Positions 58,866 through 64,000 of a stretch of DNA of 64,000 nucleotides are shown piece after piece (positions within the stretch are counted from its first letter, which is position 1; each line of letters begins with the position of its first letter). The DNA comes from Podarcis filfolensis (lineage: Eukaryota). The translations under genes were made by a program, and so were the position numbers. The notes under the pieces are model-generated. The model was not told where the DNA came from. It worked only from the letters and a program-made list of their open reading frames with translations, and did no database searches. Location: the NCBI GenBank assembly GCA_964270895.1, contig OZ185446.1; one strand, written 5' to 3'.

Positions 58866-60436
58866 ATTGAGTTTGGGCTGGAAGAAGAAGAAGAAGCAGT
58901 AGCCCTGGCAGTAAGTGAGATAAGTGGGAGGTGAGAGGAGAGGGGTCTGGAAGCAAGTGGATGGGTTTTCTTCTCAGGCTCAGGTTGAAATCCAAACCGG
59001 GGGGGGGGGACCCTCATAGGCCATAGAGCTTAAACCCTATGTGAGGTGACCATGACAAGTTATCCATCAATAATTATGGTTCTATATGATATAAGATTTA
59101 AATTGCTACTGTGTTTGAATACAGTACATGGCTTTTATTGTTGCTAGGACCATTTTTCTAGGGCACCAATAGTTGTTCAAAACTGTAGCCATTGCCAAAC
59201 TATGATGACAGTGTCATTCAGTCTCATGAGCTATTCATACTAAGTAGTCATTTCTTCCAAAAGTTGCTTATTTTAGCTAACTCAAATTTGTAGCTTATGC
59301 TGACATGGTATGAGTAGAAGGGAAAAAATGCTTAAAAAGTGGATTCCATAGATTGGAGATTTACTTAAACTCTATCTTAAATGAGTATAACCTAATGCTA
59401 ATGCTGATGGACTGAAAGAAGATTTACAATTCCTCCAACTGTAATGACCACACTGATGAGGCTGCAAGAATAAAGCATTCTTGTTTAATCAAAGCACCAA
59501 TTTTTATTCCCGAAGTCTTCGGTCTTGAATGTCATTTGCATGCACGGTAGCCCAACATACAAAACAGCTAATTGGACTCCTGCATCATCACTCTAATAGC
59601 CAACTCAAGTGGGGCGTGTCAGTAGGACTAGAACATATACACTGAAAAGAAGAGGAAGGTATAAGTGTTCTTGGGGAAAGCCCATGATTTGCAGAAGTGC
59701 AATAATGTCATTTACAAAAAAATACCTAAGGGACAACCTCCACCATATATATATGAAGTCTAAGGAGGAAACTCCCCCTGGTTGCAACCCTTATCTAATG
59801 GATATACTTAACTTGCTACATGGCTACAAAATACTGAGTGTTAGCTGAGCAATAAAAATTGAAAATAGAGAGATGGTGAGGTTGGGAATGCATGCCCTGA
59901 TCAGACATGCTCTGGTTAAGAGGCAAGGTTATACTGTAATATATTGTTGCAGTTTCCAATTGTTGCATGTTCATTTCCCTGGTTTTGTTCATGAAGGCAC
60001 TCGCCATGTTAAACACTCAGTTATACCTTTTAAAAAAGAAAGAAAGTAAGTAAAGAGATAGACCAACATGGAACAGCAATGACTTGTCTAAAAGTTCCAG
60101 AGAGGGCGGGGGGAGTGTATTTTGAGAGAAGAGTGGAACAAGGTAGCTATCTAAAGGGAACAACTTCCATACTGACAGGCTTGACACATTAAAGGCTCTA
60201 TTGCCTCTCAATGTGAGATGCAATGGCAGACGTTACGGTTTCTTGACAATGTCTCGGTTGAAATTATTTGTGATTTTGCCAAACATGACAACATACAAAT
60301 TCCAGGGGATATTCAACAGGATAAGAAGCAGAATGTCAGAGAGTCGATGGTTTAAGGCAACTTGCTGAAGGTCAAATACTTAGAGACCTTAAATACTTAG
60401 AGACCTTTTAAGGCAATGCACAATTTGGTTCAAGGT

Positions 60437-60772
60437 TAGGGATAGGTAGATCAAACTATTTCTGTCAGTTTCATATGTTTCCATGCATATGTCCAATCTG
60501 TCTGCATTCATTTGCAGGTTTTTTAAAAAATACCCAGAACAAAATCTGTTCTCTAATATTTAAATATGTATTTTCATTTCATTTCCCCCCAAAATATGTC
60601 TTAAAATATATTTTTATCTCAATGAACTCATTTCTAAATATGATTATCATAAAGTCCATTTCTTCTTTACCGATCTTGGTACATATTTGAGCTGAGAACT
60701 GTATTGTAAGATTTGGAGAAGTGAGAAATCTGAAAGATAATTGCATTCTGATTCACAGATTACCCATCCAGA
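60437..60772. mobile_element. AT-rich non-autonomous DNA element
   Basis: Imperfect inverted ends TAGGGATAGGTAGATC / GATTACCCATCC. Confidence 0.45.
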
Positions 60773-61834
60773 AGGTGTGGATCAGGTCAGATCACACCAG
60801 AATTAACAGAAATGGAACTTTTGAAGCGTCCCTCATGTGTGTGTGTCTCTCCTTCCCTCCCCTGCTTTCTGTGATATTTAATCAGCTGTACCTTCCTTCT
60901 ATAATATTATTGTGTCAACACTGGTATCTTCAGAAAATGTCAAATACCTATTATTTAACAGGACGTAAGAGCTAGCTAGAAAGGATTCCCATTATCCACA
61001 TGGGGATGGGAGAAGGGGGAGAGAAAGGAGCATCAGGGTGAAGTTTTTTTAGGCATCTGTACTCAGAACTCTCCTTTCATCTCTAGTTTTTATGTTTCTG
61101 TATCATGTTCTGCAGGAAAATGATGATGAAAGAATACTAGCACATCCATGCTCATTCCTTCCTGGTAATTTCTGTGTGTGCCAAACAAACTTTAAAGTAC
61201 CTGTCAGGTCAGATTTCCCAATTACTTGTGAGGCCTGCGGGTGTACAGATAATTATAAAAAAGACAATAGTATTTCAGTACAAATGCTTTTAAAAAGATG
61301 TCAGTCCCTTGTGTTGTTGTGCATTTTCTAAATTTCAAGTGCTTCTGTTTTGAAAAGAAAAGCAGCCTTATTTTGTCCCAAATGTGTTATTAAAGTTGTA
61401 GCAGCGGCTTGGTAGATTCTGGATCCAAGAAATGCTCTGATGTTTTGAGCGATGTTTATTGGGGGAACTAAATAAATTGGAGAAATAGAGCAATAACCTG
61501 CCAATTGCCTTTTAATCTTAAATGTTTGTTTGGATTGGATTCCATCCCATAAATGAGGCAATGAGGGCTGAAAGTCCATATGTATAATTGACAAGGCAGT
61601 AAAAAAATAAAGCCTCTTTAAATGCATAGTGGAAATTAGGAAGGAAAAAAAAAATTCTCAAGGAAAAGTTCTGGCTCCCTGTGTCTTACGAATTATGCCA
61701 GAACATAAGCCCAGATCTATCCATCGTAAGTGAGCAGTGACTGGAGGCAATTTATACAGTTTGGGGAGGATAGAAAGATAAGGATTGTCCACTGCTACAT
61801 CCTTTTATCTATAGAAGGGATAGTCTATACACTA

Positions 61835-61945
61835 TATATTGTTGGACTACAACTCCCATCATCCCTGACCATTGGCCATGCTAGCTGTGTCTCATGGGAG
61901 CTGTAGTCCATCAACTTCTGGACGGCACCATGTGGCCTATCCCTA
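61835..61945. mobile_element. Degenerate palindromic MITE
   Basis: TGGACTACAACTCCCAT / ATGGGAGCTGTAGTCCA inverted arms. Confidence 0.65.
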
Positions 61946-62439
61946 ATCTGTAAGGTGTAGTTTAAGGATCTAGCAGAAATTTCCAACCACTTTGTTGTCC
62001 TGGAAGAACGTACAAACAACCATCTCAGGTGCTCATCCCCATTTTGTTTCTGCCTTGGAACAAAGTCTCCAGTTTGTCTGGAAATAATAGCTGACAAGGG
62101 CTAACAAATTAGCCCATGATGCATTTTGCAGCTCCCATTGGCTCTCTCTGTTGCTAAGCTGAATCTCTGGTGCTTCTTAATTTATTTATTTAATTTAGGG
62201 TCTCTGTTTTTTTGACTGCCCAATCAACAACGAGTGGTTTTAACCAAGGAGAAACAATATTCAGTTTAAACAGAAAGAAAGATTAATTGCAACCAGAGAG
62301 ACCCAACCCATCCAGTTTCCTCCCTAAAAATCAACACAGTGCTATTTAATACTTAACAGACATTGTCTGTTCCATGGGAGTGGCAGGGACAGAGTTCTAA
62401 AAGAATAATAATCTGGTGCCAAAAGAATCTTTGTGTAGG

Positions 62440-62840
62440 TGCCAATCAAGTGTGGTTAGGGAAGGGATTCCATAACTGGGGTGCCAGCACTGAAAAGACT
62501 TTCTTAATAACCACCCGCCCCAATGCTCTAGTCTTCTTGAGAGGGAATATATAGGTCTACTTGAGCCTTGAGGTCTTTATTGGATAAGAGCCTCCAATAA
62601 AGACCTAAAGCTCAAGTAGACATATATATGGTCCAAAGCCATTTAGGTCTTTAAAGATTAGTAACAGTGCTTTGAACTAGGCCAATAAATGGATAGCCAT
62701 GAAGATGAGAACATCTGTCCCTATTTACTAGCCTCACCACATTATTTTGGGACATTTAGCATTTTCAACAGGAAGCTTCATGCATGAGTTTCCAGGCATG
62801 AGGCATTACATAATTCCAACTGATTTTTTATAAAGAGCAG
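62440..62840 (-). mobile_element. Ancient L2 remnant
   Basis: 'GGGATTCCATAACTGGGGTGCCAGCACTGAAAAG' and 'CCAAAGCCATTTAGGTCTTTAAAG...TGCTTTGAACTAGGCC' parallel the younger L2 at 56050-56280. Confidence 0.6.
62547..62629. repeat. Near-perfect inverted repeat (hairpin)
   Basis: Arms 62555-62584 and 62593-62621 with one mismatch and one indel, an 8-nt loop, and extension into ATATATA/TATATAT. Confidence 0.9.
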
Positions 62841-64000
62841 AATAAGGAGTGTCCTATATCATAGGGCTGCTTGGTGCTGCTTTCCTTGAAACTGGACCTA
62901 CAGTAAGTAGTGGAAGTACCAATTTGACATATTCAGGAGCTAATATAAAAATACTTGTATTATCAGATCATGGTGCAGTACTTGTGGAGATGTTCAGTTC
63001 GGAACAGTTGACATGAATTTTCCATTCATCTAAACAACCACTTTGAAAGCTGCCTTTCAGATCAATGTCCTTTGGAGCACTGTGGTAAGTTGTTTGAGTG
63101 TCAGACTAAATTTCATACACATATTTCTATAACCAAATAAAAGAATAGTATTGGGGGGTGGGGGTGGGGAGGGACGGAAATCAGTCTACAGCCAATAAGT
63201 CCTTTAATTTACTAAAAAGTATAGTAGGTACAAATTAGCCTCAGCATTAGCATCAGAAATCTCATTTCATGTGTTGTTTCCTACAAAGATCTATCAGTTG
63301 TTTACAAAAAATAAAAATCCAGTACAGATTACAATGCTGAAAGCCAATGAAGACAGGAAGGTGATAAAACTATAAAACAAATCTCTCCACCATTAGCTTT
63401 GGCCACCCCCCTCCTCTATGCTGGCTTATCTTCCTTCCCCCCAAAAGCATGGACATGTGATAAACTGCAGGTGCTGAGGGCCTGAATCAAATCTATACCA
63501 TGACATGGGATTGGGATGATCACCACTGTCATTCCAATCTGAACTGGATCCTTCATGCAATTTGCCAGCATTTAAATGAATGGATCCTTCTTTGGTGATA
63601 CAAATTGCAGTTATGGAGGTGAGGTGTTGATCCAGACGTGGGCAACAGTGAAGACAAGGGATCAAAACCAATTCAGTCTGGGGCCCAAGCCCCTGCTATT
63701 TGCTTTGGAAATGTGTGTGGATACTTCCCACAGGAGTGAATAAGAAGCCCCTGTCCACAGTGCAAATAAAAGGAAAGGACGTGTGTTTGTGTGTTTGTCT
63801 CTATGTGTGTAACTTCCCAGCAGTAACTTGACTTTTCACAAAATACTAGGGGTATGCATGGGCTTTGTTTATACCTCAAATTATAAGGTGGATCAAGCTG
63901 ATTTAGGGAAACTCACCTTTCCGAGTCATATTGAGCTGTTAGCCTTGTGTCTCAAGGCAGAACAGAGGTCCCATAAGCTTCCAGGTGTCATTGCGGCCTT

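Noticed and set aside
60693-60701. TGAGAACTG, resembling the start of miR-146
   Set aside because: The match stops after 9 nt, there is no hairpin, and it lies within a repeat.
63061-63084. 24-nt candidate plus-strand microexon (INVLWSTV) with a GTAAGT donor
   Set aside because: The donor overlaps what looks like a degenerate CORE-SINE head (GCACTGTGGTAAGTTGTTTGAGTGTCAGACTA), so it is probably incidental.
63471-63618. WDDHHC...NWI...ICQ resembling a C-type lectin motif
   Set aside because: The spacing is wrong, there is an in-frame stop before the donor, and the acceptor is poor.

Overview
This is vertebrate genomic DNA from a squamate reptile, most likely a lacertid lizard (Podarcis-like). 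The assignment rests on recognising Sauria SINEs, Squam-type SINEs, BovB, CR1 and a young L2 family with (AAT)n tails. The window looks intronic or intergenic. I could not recognise a multi-exon host gene, a true tRNA or rRNA gene, or a CRISPR array, and nearly all ORFs in the track are transposon fragments, microsatellite read-throughs or chance frames. The window is dominated by 5'-truncated LINEs (L2, CR1, L1/Tx1-like, BovB, Penelope), SINEs, solo LTRs with 5-bp TSDs, many hAT-type MITEs with intact 8-bp TSDs, a Tc1/mariner MITE, microsatellites and two assembly gaps. The most interesting observations are: (i) a MITE family, in two independent copies, that carries an L2 3' tail at the same internal position and has 6-bp TSDs; (ii) a rearranged Penelope insertion retaining a minimal hammerhead-ribozyme motif; (iii) a CpG-rich solo LTR nested in a hAT MITE, with an empty-site sister copy in the same window; (iv) a near-perfect ~80-nt hairpin inside an old L2; and (v) several strong splice-site pairs, notably a 33-nt minus-strand candidate microexon, within TE-free islands that could be conserved regulatory elements. 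Family names come from recalled consensus motifs, not from database searches.
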